A stretch of 64,000 nt of DNA, from assembly GCA_951406725.2 (NCBI GenBank), contig OX597815.1, positions 91,326,001 to 91,390,000 of the forward strand, read 5' to 3'. Source of the stretch: Octopus vulgaris (taxonomy: Eukaryota). This document shows positions 1-12,500 of this stretch, piece by piece (position 1 is the first letter of the stretch; each line of letters opens with the position of its first letter). The notes under the pieces are model-generated. The model was not told the DNA's origin and searched no databases. It saw nothing but the letters and a program-made list of their open reading frames with translations. The position numbers were made by a program, and so were the translations under genes.

Positions 1-65
1 CATAAACACACCAGCATTGGTTGTCAAGCGATATTGGGGGGACAAACACAGACACACAAACATAT

Positions 66-121
<56 letters not shown>

Positions 122-283
122 GATGGGCTTCTTTCAGTTTCTGTCTACCAAATCCACTCACAAGGCTTTGGTCGGCCCAAGGCTATAGTAGAAGACACTT
201 GCCCAAGGTGCCATGCAGTGGGACTGAACCCAAAACCATACAGTTCATAAACAAGCTACTTACCACACAGCCACTTCTATGCA
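1..283 (-). mobile_element. tRNA-derived SINE with internal (TA)n/(CA)n microsatellite (family A), cut by window edge
   Basis: Minus strand reads gtggctgtgtggtaagtagcttg...gggttcagtcccactgcatggcaccttgggcaagtgtcttctactatagcc (A-box/B-box-like head). The same sequence recurs at ~18681, ~30990, ~33440, ~37950 and ~49506. Confidence 0.8.
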
Positions 284-796
284 TACTTTTTTATGATGAA
301 AACAATGATGGTGTATAAGAAAAATATTGACACATTCAGTTGAAAAAATATGCAAGTTTTTGATTGGATGAAATTCGCAACTCATGAAATCTGCCAAAAT
401 GTGGTAATATTCTCTATTAGTCTGTGTCATCATGATGCAGGAAAGCTGCCAAACTAATCTTATTTCTACATACACCATATTTCAGTACAAATATCAGCAT
501 AAAATTCAAGGCTCCAAATAAGAAAGATCAAGATCCATGTGTGTGTGTATGAACATACACACACATGTGTACCTTAGTTGTAATGAATGGCAGAAAGAGT
601 TCTTAATACCAAAGATAGAGTTTACATTATTTATTTGCACATAATTTTCTGTTAGGTCTCATGTAAGCACAGAAAACCAATACTATGGTCTTTCTATGCA
701 TACATTTACACACACATATATCTTAATTTTTCTTAATTATATACTATTAATGTGAGTATATTGTAGGTCTTTTCAAAGCCATAACATTCAGAATAT

Positions 797-932
797 ATAT
801 ATATTTGAAAGGATGAGTAGGGATGGCTTTTTTGAGAAGATAATTTTTATTTTAATCAACATTATTATTAAAATTAAAATTAAAATTATCCCTTCGAAAA
901 AGCCATCTCTACTCATTCTTTCAAATGTATAT
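797..932. repeat. Fold-back inverted repeat (~60 bp arms) followed by an unpaired tail and (TA)n
   Basis: atatatttgaaaggatgagtagggatggcttttttgagaagataatttt is the reverse complement of aaaattatcccttcgaaaaagccatctctactcattctttcaaatgtatat. The tail tactgtaccaag...ttcta is shared with the hairpin at 39561. Confidence 0.75.
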
Positions 933-967
933 AATACTGTACCAAGAACTTTCTCTTTATCATTCTA

Positions 968-1022
<55 letters not shown>

Positions 1023-1180
1023 CTTAAACAAGAACCAACCTTTTATCAATTCAACAATGAAATAACAATGATATAATTAAATTATACCATATAGAAAAAG
1101 ATTAGCTATGCAATAAAAACATATACCAATAACTAAGTAAAGTATAAAATAATGAATAAAAAGAATATAATTGGTAAAAA

Positions 1181-1260
1181 GACTACATGTGTTTCATGGC
1201 TATATTTACAAACTGATAGCAGTAAAATCAATTCAATTAATTATAGTCACTCTTCAGGTC
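1181..1260 (-). ncRNA. Minimal type I hammerhead ribozyme motif (Penelope-like)
   Basis: Minus strand: GAC CTGAAGA GTGACTATA..(37 nt)..TATAGCCAT GAAA CACATG TA GTC, i.e. stem I, CUGANGA, stem II, GAAA, near-palindromic stem III, UA, stem I'. Confidence 0.7.
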
Positions 1261-1940
1261 CAAGATAAAAACAATAAAATAATTAAATGAATAAAAATAT
1301 GTATATAATCTTGTAAGAAAATATAAATAAATATAAAAATACGTAATTTTACAAAATACAATAACCTATCATAAAATACAAACACGAAATATCTTAACAT
1401 AGTTTGTGGTAGTATTATGTATTTAAGTAAGCATGAAGTTTTTTAAATATATATTACTTAATGAGAATAAGATTTCACTTAGATATTTATTAAATAAATA
1501 AATTATTTAATTAATTAATTTATGTATATAGATTAAATTATAGTATTTTAGTTTTCACTTAATGTATAATTTGTATTTTATATATATATTTATTTTATTT
1601 TAAAGATTTTAATTACTGGTATTTTAATTTTCTAGTAATGATATATTATAGTTTGTTATTTTTCTTATATAAGTTTAAATTTATTTTCATAGATATAATA
1701 AATATTTATTTCTATTCATTCTAGATTTTTTTTTATACCCGAATATATTTGTTAAGATATTTCATGTTTGTATTTTATGATATATTATTGTATTTTGTAA
1801 AATTACATATTTTTATATTTATTTATCTTTTCTTACAAGATTATATACATATATTTATTTATTTTATTATTTTTATCTTGGACTTGAAGAGTGACTATAT
1901 TTAATTGAATTGATTTTACTGTTATCAGTTTGTAAATATA
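1201..1940. repeat. Long inverted repeat (arms ~1201-1399 and ~1750-1940) of an AT-rich Penelope-like terminal sequence
   Basis: 1201-1399 (tatatttacaaactgatagc...gtcactcttcaggtccaagataaaa...aaatatcttaaca) is the reverse complement of 1750-1940. The right arm carries a truncated copy of the hammerhead (gacttgaagagtgactata) that stops before GAAA. Confidence 0.8.
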
Positions 1941-2542
1941 CTCCAATGTTTGCATTGGCAGGGCTTCTATGGCTGAATGTTCTTTCTAACACCAACCACT
2001 GCACTACTGAAGTCACCATGCAGCTTGCAGAACTATAAACACTGAGGTAGTGGTCATACATTCATGATAGGGGATGTGAGTATTAAATTATGAAGTTGTA
2101 GTGGGTGTGGGAGTTATCACCAGATAACAGAATGCCTTATTTTTTGTGTCATTATGTTTCATCAGTTTTGCATACTGAGCCAGTATCCATGGCCACTAAG
2201 AGCAAGTCACTCTTACATTAAAATAGCAAATTTGCTGATGAACAAAATGCTTTGTCAAACTGGAATTAATTGATTTAAAGAGCACAAACCAGCATTGAAT
2301 GAAATATAGTTATGTACAGTCATCCATGGCTTTGTGGTAATTTTATGCTCATATTGTCCATAATAATTTCTTCTGTTGCAACAACTTGTGCAGCATAATG
2401 TATTTCTATGTCTGAATATACATGAAACATGTTATATAACTATACACACATGCACATGCATGCACACACACACACACACATGTATGTATGCATGTTTGTA
2501 TGTATATATGAATGTATGTATGCATATGTATATGTATGTATA

Positions 2543-2577
<35 letters not shown>

Positions 2578-2579
<2 letters not shown>

Positions 2580-3187
2580 TCATCATCATCATCATCATTT
2601 AGCGTCCGTTTTCCATGCTAGCATGGGTTGGACGGTTCTGCTGGGGTCTGTGAAGCCAGAAGGCTTCATCAGGCCCAGTCAAATCTGGCAGTGTTTCTAC
2701 GGCTGGATGCCCTTCCTAACGCCAACCACTCCGTGAGTGTAGTGGGTGCTTTTTACGTGCCACCCGCACTGGTGCCAGACAGAGCTGGCAAACGGCCACG
2801 AACGGATGGTGCTTTTTATGTGCCACCGGCACGAGGGCCAGGCGAGGCTGGCAACGGACACGAAACGGGGCGGTGCTGGCAACGGTCGCGAAACGGAAAG
2901 TTCTCTTACATGCCACCGGCACTGGTAACACATCTGCAATTTCCATTGATCGATTTCCATTGATCGATTTCGATTCTGATCCTCACTTGCCTCAATGGGT
3001 CTTCACAAGCAGAGTTTCGACATGCCACCGGCACTGGTAGCACATCCGCAATTTCCATTGATCGATTTCGATTCTGATCCTCACTTGCCTCAACACGTCT
3101 TCACAAGTAGAGTTTTGTGTCCCAAGAAGGGAAGGTATGCATACGTAGGCTGGCTCCATCCCATGTAGAAGGCCACGGGTTGTGGAC
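2578..3187 (-). repeat. RTE 3' UTR with internal duplications and (GAT)n tail
   Basis: ~62 bp duplication (ggtgcttttta(c/t)gtgccacc at ~2746 and ~2808) and ~110 bp duplication (atgccaccggcactggta...tcttcacaag at ~2910 and ~3022). Ends ccgtccaacccatgctagcatggaaaacggacgctaaa(tga)n on the minus strand. Confidence 0.85.
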
Positions 3188-6100
3188 TCACTTGTCCTGC
3201 CGGGTCTTCTCGCGCACAGCACACTTCCAGAGGTCTCGGTCTCTAGTCATTTCCTCAGTGAGACCTAAAGTTCGAAGGTCGTGCTTCACCACCTCGTCCC
3301 AGGTTTTCCTGGGTCTGCCTCTTCCACAGGTTCCCTCAACCGCTAGGGCGTGGCACTTTTTCACACAACTATCTTCATCCATTCTCGCCACATGACCATA
3401 CCAGCGCAAACGTCTCTCTTGCACACCACAACTGATGCTTCTTAGGTCCAGCTTTTCTCTCAAGGTACTTACACTCTGCCGAGTGTGAGTACTGGCATTA
3501 CACATCCATCGGAGCATACTGGCTTCATTTCTAGCGAGCTTACGCATATCCTCAGCAGTCACGGCCCATGTTTCACTGCCATGTAGCATGGCTGTTCGTA
3601 CACACGCATCATACAGTCTGCCTTTCACTCTGTGCGAGAGGCCTTTTGTCACCAGCAGAGGTAAGAGCTCTCTGAACTTTGCCCAAGCTATTCTTACTCT
3701 AGCAGTTACACTTTCAGCACACCCGCCCCCGCTGCTGACTTGGTCACCTAGGTAACGGAAACTATCAACTATTTCTAGTTTTTCTCCCTGGAAAGTGACA
3801 GAAGTTGGTCTCAGAGCATTTTCAGTGTTTATTGTTCCTGAGCATCTGCCACATACAAAAACCATCTTCCTAGTTAGCCTTCCTTTGACATTGCTGCATC
3901 TCTTATGTGTCCATAGCTTACACTTGGTGCATCTTATAGAGTTTCTACCTACACCTTTTCTACAGATCGAGCAGGGCCATCTACCTGAAGGTGTTTGTGA
4001 TTTGTCAACCTTCCTACTGATTACGACTTTGGTTTTAGCTAGATTGACTCTAAGGCCCTTCGATTCTAATCCTTGTTTCCACACCTGAAACTTCTCCTCC
4101 AGTTCTGATAGCGACTCAGCAATTAGAGCAAGGTCATCAGCATAGAGGAGCTCCCAAGGGCATCCTGTCTTGAATTCCTCCGTTATTGCCTGGAGGACTA
4201 TGATAAATAGGAGGGGGCTGAGTACTGAGCCTTGGTGGACCCCTACCTCTACCCGGAATTCTTCACTGTACTCATTTCCAACCCTCACCCTACTAGCGGC
4301 GTCCCTATACATGGCCCGCACAGCTCTCACTAACCATTCATCTATCCCTAGTTTTCTCATTGCCCACCAGATAAGGGATCGGGGACCCTGTCGAAGGCTT
4401 TCTCCATGTCAACAAAAGCCAGGTACAGGGGCTTATCTTTGGCTAGGTATTTCTCCTGCAGCTGCCTTACCAGGAATATAGCATCAGTAGTACTTTTCCC
4501 TGGCACAAACCCAAACTGCATCTCATCTAAACTAACTCTCTCTAATTAGTTGGGCTATGACCCTCTCTGTAACCTTCATCACCTGGTCCAACAGCTTGAT
4601 ACCTCTGTAGTTATTTGTATCTAGGGCATCACCTTTACCTTTGTAGCAGTTGACTATTATACTGCTACACCAGTCATTGGGTATGACCCCTTTGTGTATC
4701 ACCTGATTAACTATATGGGTGACTAGGCTATAGCCAACACTACCAGACATTTTGAGCATCTCTGCAGTGATTCCTGATGGGCCTGGGGCTTTCCCTGTCT
4801 TCATGCTTCTAATTGCCTTAGCTACCACAGAACTATCAACTCGGATAGCTGGTCCCTCTGTTGGGTCAACATTCGGCAGACTCTCTTTATCCCATTCATT
4901 TTCTTCATTCAGCAACCTTTCATAGTGGCATCTCCAAACCTCTCTCTTTGCATCCTCATTTAGCGCAAGTGAACCATCTTCCATGCGAACACACTTCTCT
5001 CCTACCACATCACGATTCTCTCTCACACACTGTCTTGCAACACGAAACACCTCCAGTTTTTGGTCCTCACGGCGCAGAACATTGGCAAATTTTTTCTTAT
5101 CTGCTTCTCCTCTGGCTAAATAAACCTGTCTCCTAGCTTCTCTTTTGGCAGTCTGATACAATTCCCTGCTACCCCCATTTTTCCAGACCTTCCAAGCCTG
5201 TCTCTTTTCTCTAATAGCCCTGTCTACAATGTTGTTCCACCACCACGTTATTCTAGGTCGAGAGGGGACTTTGCACCAGCCACAGATCTGGTCAGTGGCT
5301 CTCAGCAGGTTGTCCCTTAGAAACGTCCAGCTGTCTTCTACCCCCTGTGATGCTCTATCCCCTTCTACTTCGTCAGAGGCTTTAAGTAATATGTCCCTAA
5401 ATCTCTGTCCATTTGCAGGATCTTTAAGCTTCCAGATCCTTCTTCTCCATATTTGTCGTCTTCTGGTTGTCCTCCTAGTCCTGATCCTAAAGTCACTAAC
5501 TACCAGTCTATGTTGTGGGGTACATTCTTCACCTGGGAAGGTTTTGGCATTTATAAGCAGCCATCTCTCCCTTTGCCTTGTAAGGATGTAGTCAATTTGG
5601 CTGGTATGTTGGCCCGATTGGTAAGTGACTAGGTGGCTGGTAGGTTTCCTGAAGTTAGTGTTGCAAATCATAAGATTATTTGCATCGCAGAACTCCAGCA
5701 GCCTGGTTCCCTCCTCGTTGCGGGAGCCATAGCCATAGCCTCCATGTACGCCATGGAAGCCCCCAGCATGTCGTCCAACGTGACCATTGAAGTCACCAGC
5801 CACAAAGATAAGGTCTCTGTCGTTCGTCAATGAGGTAGTCTGCAGTAGAGTGTCATAGAATCGGTCTTTCTGTCCATCGGGTAGCCCCGACTGAGGAGCA
5901 TAGGCTGATATAATGGTTGCTAAACTATGATGAAGCACTAATCTAATCTTAAGTATTCTGTCACTTACTCTGATTACCTCAATTACTTTATCTACCCATT
6001 TCTCAGCGATAAGTATACCCACGCCACCAACCCCGTCAGTGTTCCCTGCCCAGAAAATCTTGTACCTGCGTTCCTTGCCTGTGAGGAACCTAGCTGATCC

Positions 6101-6352
6101 TCCTCTCCACCTTATTTCTTGCATGCAACATATATCCACACATCTCCGTTCAAGCATCTCGACTATCTCACCAGACCTACCTTTCAGAGTGCCAAGGTTG
6201 AGGGTGCCAACCCTGAGGGTGTGGAAGGCATGGGCTCTAGAGATCCTGGGACGGTGGACAGTAGCTTCGTGTACCTGAAAAGAAAGCTCGCATTTGGCAG
6301 AATTCATGTGCAAAAAATGAAGTAGTAAAGTAGCCTTCAGTACAACCTGCAT
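3188..6352 (-). pseudogene. RTE LINE ORF: AP endonuclease + reverse transcriptase (~1055 aa when repaired); two frameshifts as assembled
   Basis: APE motifs VGTLNLGTL, CMQEIRW, SAYAPQ, AGDFNGHVG, QIDYIL. RT motifs NYRGIKLL, QFGFVPG..STTDAI, FVDMEKAFDRVP (shifted frame, 4361-4531), GVHQGSVLSP, YADD (4133-4144), FRYLG, and the C-terminal RLRWYGHV..GRPRKTW typical of RTE. Confidence 0.95.
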
Positions 6353-6487
6353 AACGCTAGCCTTTCATATTTTGCACTGTATGAACATTACCTTACATAG
6401 GTCGAGACTAGGGGTAGGGACGGGTAGGGATGGTGAGAGCATTTGCAGTCTTCATGGGAAGCAACCCCGGAATGGAAGAGAATAGGA

Positions 6488-6501
6488 ACTTCCGGCATGC
6501 G
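6488..6501 (-). promoter_or_regulatory. ETS-type CCGGAAGT motif next to a GCATGCG (NRF1-like) motif in the LINE leader
   Basis: Plus strand acttccggcatgcg at 6488-6501, in a GC-rich stretch ~140 bp upstream of the ORF start. Motif match only. Confidence 0.25.
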
Positions 6502-6524
6502 TGGTGGGGGTGGGAGGGCGGGTG

Positions 6525-9500
6525 CACCGTAGCTGAGTAAAGAGGTTCTGTTAATCGTGAGCTAGCAAATGGGTTTGTATGAATCGGGAGACAATACTAA
6601 ACGAAAAATTGAAAAATTGAAAAATCAGAGTGGCTATGAACCTGGAGACAAGTCTAAACGAAAAAAAATGTTTGAGCTAGACAGGGTAATGAGGGAATAC
6701 TGAAAGAATGAGGGACAATACAATGAGATGGAAATTGAAGAATAGAGAAAGAATAAGGATAAGTGCAAGAAAGAAGGTAGTCGTAGCGAGGTTGGACGAT
6801 TCACTTAACTTTTAGCCATTCATGATCTGTGCGTATTCTTTAGATATTTTGAAGCGAGTGGGGTTAACGATAAATGCGATCGCTCCTTTATGTATGGCGA
6901 TGATGGTTTTGGGGAGGGGGGGCATAGAGGACCATGGCGATGATGGTTATGGGAAGGGGGGACATAGCGAGAGAGAGATAGGGTTAGTTAGAGAGAGAGG
7001 TCAAGGGACACGTGACAATAAGCGGTGTGAGGGAATTTGACTGGGGACGGCATTGTCGATAAATAAACATTAGATAAATAGGTTTGAAAATCAGAAAAAT
7101 CAGAGGGAATATCATTATTGATAGCTAATATAACACCGTAGCTGAGTAAAGAGGTTCTGTTAATCGTGAGCTAGCAAATGGGTTTGTATGAATCGGGAGA
7201 CAATACTAAACGAAAAATTGAAAAATTGAAAAATCAGAGTGGCTATGAACCTGGAGACAAGTCTAAACGAAAAAAAAATGTTTGAGCTAGACAGGGTAAT
7301 GAGGGAATACTGAAAGAATGAGGGACAATACAATGAGATGGAAATTGAAGAATAGAGAAAGAATAAGGATAAGTGCAAGAAAGAAGGTAGTCGTAGCGAG
7401 GTTGGACGATTCACTTAACTTTTAGCCATTCATGATCTGTGCGTATTCTTTAGATATTTTGAAGCGAGTGGGGTTAACGATAAATGCGATCGCTCCTTTA
7501 TGTATGGCGATGATGGTTTTGGGGAGGGGGGGCATAGAGGACCATGGCGATGATGGTTATGGGAAGGGGGGACATAGCGAGAGAGAGATAGGGTTAGTTA
7601 GAGAGAGAGGTCAAGGGACACGTGACAATAAGCGGTGTGAGGGAATTTGACTGGGGACGGCATTGTCGATAAATAAACATTAGATAAATAGGTTTGAAAA
7701 TCAGAAAAATCAGAGGGAATATCATTATTGATAGCTAATATAACACCGTAGCTGAGTAAAGAGGTTCTGTTAATCGTGAGCTAGCAAATGGGTTTGTATG
7801 AATCGGGAGACAATACTAAACGAAAAATTGAAAAATTGAAAAATCAGAGTGGCTATGAACCTGGAGACAAGTCTAAACGAAAAAAAAATGTTTGAGCTAG
7901 ACAGGGTAATGAGGGAATACTGAAAGAATGAGGGACAATACAATGAGATGGAAATTGAAGAATAGAGAAAGAATAAGGATAAGTGCAAGAAAGAAGGTAG
8001 TCGTAGCGAGGTTGGACGATTCACTTAACTTTTAGCCATTCATGATCTGTGCGTATTCTTTAGATATTTTGAAGCGAGTGGGGTTAACGATAAATGCGAT
8101 CGCTCCTTTATGAATGGCGATGATGGTTTTGGGGAGGGGGGGCATAGAGGACCATGGCGATGATGGTTATGGGAAGGGGGGACATAGCGAGAGAGAGATA
8201 GGGTTAGTTAGAGAGAGAGGTCAAGGGACACGTGACAATAAGCGGTGTGAGGGAATTTGACTGGGGACGGCATTGTCGATAAATAAACATTAGATAAATA
8301 GGTTTGAAAATCAGAAAAATCAGAGGGAATATCATTATTGATAGCTAATATAACACCGTAGCTGAGTAAAGAGGTTCTGTTAATCGTGAGCTAGCAAATG
8401 GGTTTGTATGAATCGGGAGACAATACTAAACGAAAAATTGAAAAATTGAAAAATCAGAGTGGCTATGAACCTGGAGACAAGTCTAAACGAAAAAAAATGT
8501 TTGAGCTAGACAGGGTAATGAGGGAATACTGAAAGAATGAGGGACAATACAATGAGATGGAAATTGAAGAATAGAGAAAGAATAAGGATAAGTGCAAGAA
8601 AGAAGGTAGTCGTAGCGAGGTTGGACGATTCACTTAACTTTTAGCCATTCATGATCTGTGCGTATTCTTTAGATATTTTGAAGCGAGTGGGGTTAACGAT
8701 AAATGCGATCGCTCCTTTATGTATGGCGATGATGGTTTTGGGGAGGGGGGGGCATAGAGGACCATGGCGATGATGGTTATGGGAAGGGGGGACATAGCGA
8801 GAGAGAGATAGGGTTAGTTAGAGAGAGAGGTCAAGGGACACGTGACAATAAGCGGTGTGAGGGAATTTGACTGGGGACGGCATTGTCGATAAATAAACAT
8901 TAGATAAATAGGTTTGAAAATCAGAAAAATCAGAGGGAATATCATTATTGATAGCTAATATAACACCGTAGCTGAGTAAAGAGGTTCTGTTAATCGTGAG
9001 CTAGCAAATGGGTTTGTATGAATCGGGAGACAATACTAAACGAAAAATTGAAAAATTGAAAAATCAGAGTGGCTATGAACCTGGAGACAAGTCTAAACGA
9101 AAAAAAATGTTTGAGCTAGACAGGGTAATGAGGGAATACTGAAAGAATGAGGGACAATACAATGAGATGGAAATTGAAGAATAGAGAAAGAATAAGGATA
9201 AGTGCAAGAAAGAAGGTAGTCGTAGCGAGGTTGGACGATTCACTTAACTTTTAGCCATTCATGATCTGTGCGTATTCTTTAGATATTTTGAAGCGAGTGG
9301 GGTTAACGATAAATGCGATCGCTCCTTTATGAATGGCGATGATGGTTTTGGGGAGGGGGGGGCATAGAGGACCATGGCGATGATGGTTATGGGAAGGGGG
9401 GACATAGCGAGAGAGAGATAGGGTTAGTTAGAGAGAGAGGTCAAGGGACACGTGACAATAAGCGGTGTGAGGGAATTTGACTGGGGACGGCATTGTCGAT

Positions 9501-12500
9501 AAATAAACATTAGATAAATAGGTTTGAAAATCAGAAAAATCAGAGGGAATATCATTATTGATAGCTAATATAACACCGTAGCTGAGTAAAGAGGTTCTGT
9601 TAATCGTGAGCTAGCAAATGGGTTTGTATGAATCGGGAGACAATACTAAACGAAAAATTGAAAAATTGAAAAATCAGAGTGGCTATGAACCTGGAGACAA
9701 GTCTAAACGAAAAAAAATGTTTGAGCTAGACAGGGTAATGAGGGAATACTGAAAGAATGAGGGACAATACAATGAGATGGAAATTGAAGAATAGAGAAAG
9801 AATAAGGATAAGTGCAAGAAAGAAGGTAGTCGTAGCGAGGTTGGACGATTCACTTAACTTTTAGCCATTCATGATCTGTGCGTATTCTTTAGATATTTTG
9901 AAGCGAGTGGGGTTAACGATAAATGCGATCGCTCCTTTATGAATGGCGATGATGGTTTTGGGGAGGGGGGGGGCATAGAGGACCATGGCGATGATGGTTA
10001 TGGGAAGGGGGGACATAGCGAGAGAGAGATAGGGTTAGTTAGAGAGAGAGGTCAAGGGACACGTGACAATAAGCGGTGTGAGGGAATTTGACTGGGGACG
10101 GCATTGTCGATAAATAAACATTAGATAAATAGGTTTGAAAATCAGAAAAATCAGAGGGAATATCATTATTGATAGCTAATATAACACCGTAGCTGAGTAA
10201 AGAGGTTCTGTTAATCGTGAGCTAGCAAATGGGTTTGTATGAATCGGGAGACAATACTAAACGAAAAATTGAAAAATTGAAAAATCAGAGTGGCTATGAA
10301 CCTGGAGACAAGTCTAAACGAAAAAAAATGTTTGAGCTAGACAGGGTAATGAGGGAATACTGAAAGAATGAGGGACAATACAATGAGATGGAAATTGAAG
10401 AATAGAGAAAGAATAAGGATAAGTGCAAGAAAGAAGGTAGTCGTAGCGAGGTTGGACGATTCACTTAACTTTTAGCCATTCATGATCTGTGCGTATTCTT
10501 TAGATATTTTGAAGCGAGTGGGGTTAACGATAAATGCGATCGCTCCTTTATGTATGGCGATGATGGTTTTGGGGAGGGGGGGCATAGAGGACCATGGCGA
10601 TGATGGTTATGGGAAGGGGGGACATAGCGAGAGAGAGATAGGGTTAGTTAGAGAGAGAGGTCAAGGGACACGTGACAATAAGCGGTGTGAGGGAATTTGA
10701 CTGGGGACGGCATTGTCGATAAATAAACATTAGATAAATAGGTTTGAAAATCAGAAAAATCAGAGGGAATATCATTATTGATAGCTAATATAACACCGTA
10801 GCTGAGTAAAGAGGTTCTGTTAATCGTGAGCTAGCAAATGGGTTTGTATGAATCGGGAGACAATACTAAACGAAAAATTGAAAAGTTGAAAAATCAGAGT
10901 GGCTATGAACCTGGAGACAAGTCTAAACGAAAAAAAATGTTTGAGCTAGACAGGGTAATGAGGGAATACTGAAAGAATGAGGGACAATACAATGAGATGG
11001 AAATTGAAGAATAGAGAAAGAATAAGGATAAGTGCAAGAAAGAAGGTAGTCGTAGCGAGGTTGGACGATTCACTTAACTTTTAGCCATTCATGATCTGTG
11101 CGTATTCTTTAGATATTTTGAAGCGAGTGGGGTTAACGATAAATGCGATCGCTCCTTTATGTATGGCGATGATGGTTTTGGGGAGGGGGGGCATAGAGGA
11201 CCATGGCGATGATGGTTATGGGAAGGGGGGACATAGCGAGAGAGAGATAGGGTTAGTTAGAGAGAGAGGTCAAGGGACACGTGACAATAAGCGGTGTGAG
11301 GGAATTTGACTGGGGACGGCATTGTCGATAAATAAACATTAGATAAATAGGTTTGAAAATCAGAAAAATCAGAGGGAATATCATTATTGATAGCTAATAT
11401 AACACCGTAGCTGAGTAAAGAGGTTCTGTTAATCGTGAGCTAGCAAATGGGTTTGTATGAATCGGGAGACAATACTAAACGAAAAATTGAAAAATTGAAA
11501 AATCAGAGTGGCTATGAACCTGGAGACAAGTCTAAACGAAAAAAAATGTTTGAGCTAGACAGGGTAATGAGGGAATACTGAAAGAATGAGGGACAATACA
11601 ATGAGATGGAAATTGAAGAATAGAGAAAGAATAAGGATAAGTGCAAGAAAGAAGGTAGTCGTAGCGAGGTTGGACGATTCACTTAACTTTTAGCCATTCA
11701 TGATCTGTGCGTATTCTTTAGATATTTTGAAGCGAGTGGGGTTAACGATAAATGCGATCGCTCCTTTATGTATGGCGATGATGGTTTTGGGGAGGGGGGG
11801 GGCATAGAGGACCATGGCGATGATGGTTATGGGAAGGGGGGACATAGCGAGAGAGAGATAGGGTTAGTTAGAGAGAGAGGTCAAGGGACACGTGACAATA
11901 AGCGGTGTGAGGGAATTTGACTGGGGACGGCATTGTCGATAAATAAACATTAGATAAATAGGTTTGAAAATCAGAAAAATCAGAGGGAATATCATTATTG
12001 ATAGCTAATATAACACCGTAGCTGAGTAAAGAGGTTCTGTTAATCGTGAGCTAGCAAATGGGTTTGTATGAATCGGGAGACAATACTAAACGAAAAATTG
12101 AAAAATTGAAAAATCAGAGTGGCTATGAACCTGGAGACAAGTCTAAACGAAAAAAAATGTTTGAGCTAGACAGGGTAATGAGGGAATACTGAAAGAATGA
12201 GGGACAATACAATGAGATGGAAATTGAAGAATAGAGAAAGAATAAGGATAAGTGCAAGAAAGAAGGTAGTCGTAGCGAGGTTGGACGATTCACTTAACTT
12301 TTAGCCATTCATGATCTGTGCGTATTCTTTAGATATTTTGAAGCGAGTGGGGTTAACGATAAATGCGATCGCTCCTTTATGTATGGCGATGATGGTTTTG
12401 GGGAGGGGGGGGCATAGAGGACCATGGCGATGATGGTTATGGGAAGGGGGGACATAGCGAGAGAGAGATAGGGTTAGTTAGAGAGAGAGGTCAAGGGACA

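Noticed and set aside
2229-2275. CTGATGA ACAAA atgc TTTGT CAAA hammerhead-like string
   Set aside because: It has CAAA instead of GAAA and no stem I closure.
6353-7133. HDV-like or hammerhead ribozyme in the RTE leader or monomer
   Set aside because: No CUGANGA/GAAA core on either strand and no nested double pseudoknot recognisable by eye; only a CCGGAA/TTCCGG hairpin. A covariance search could still find something.
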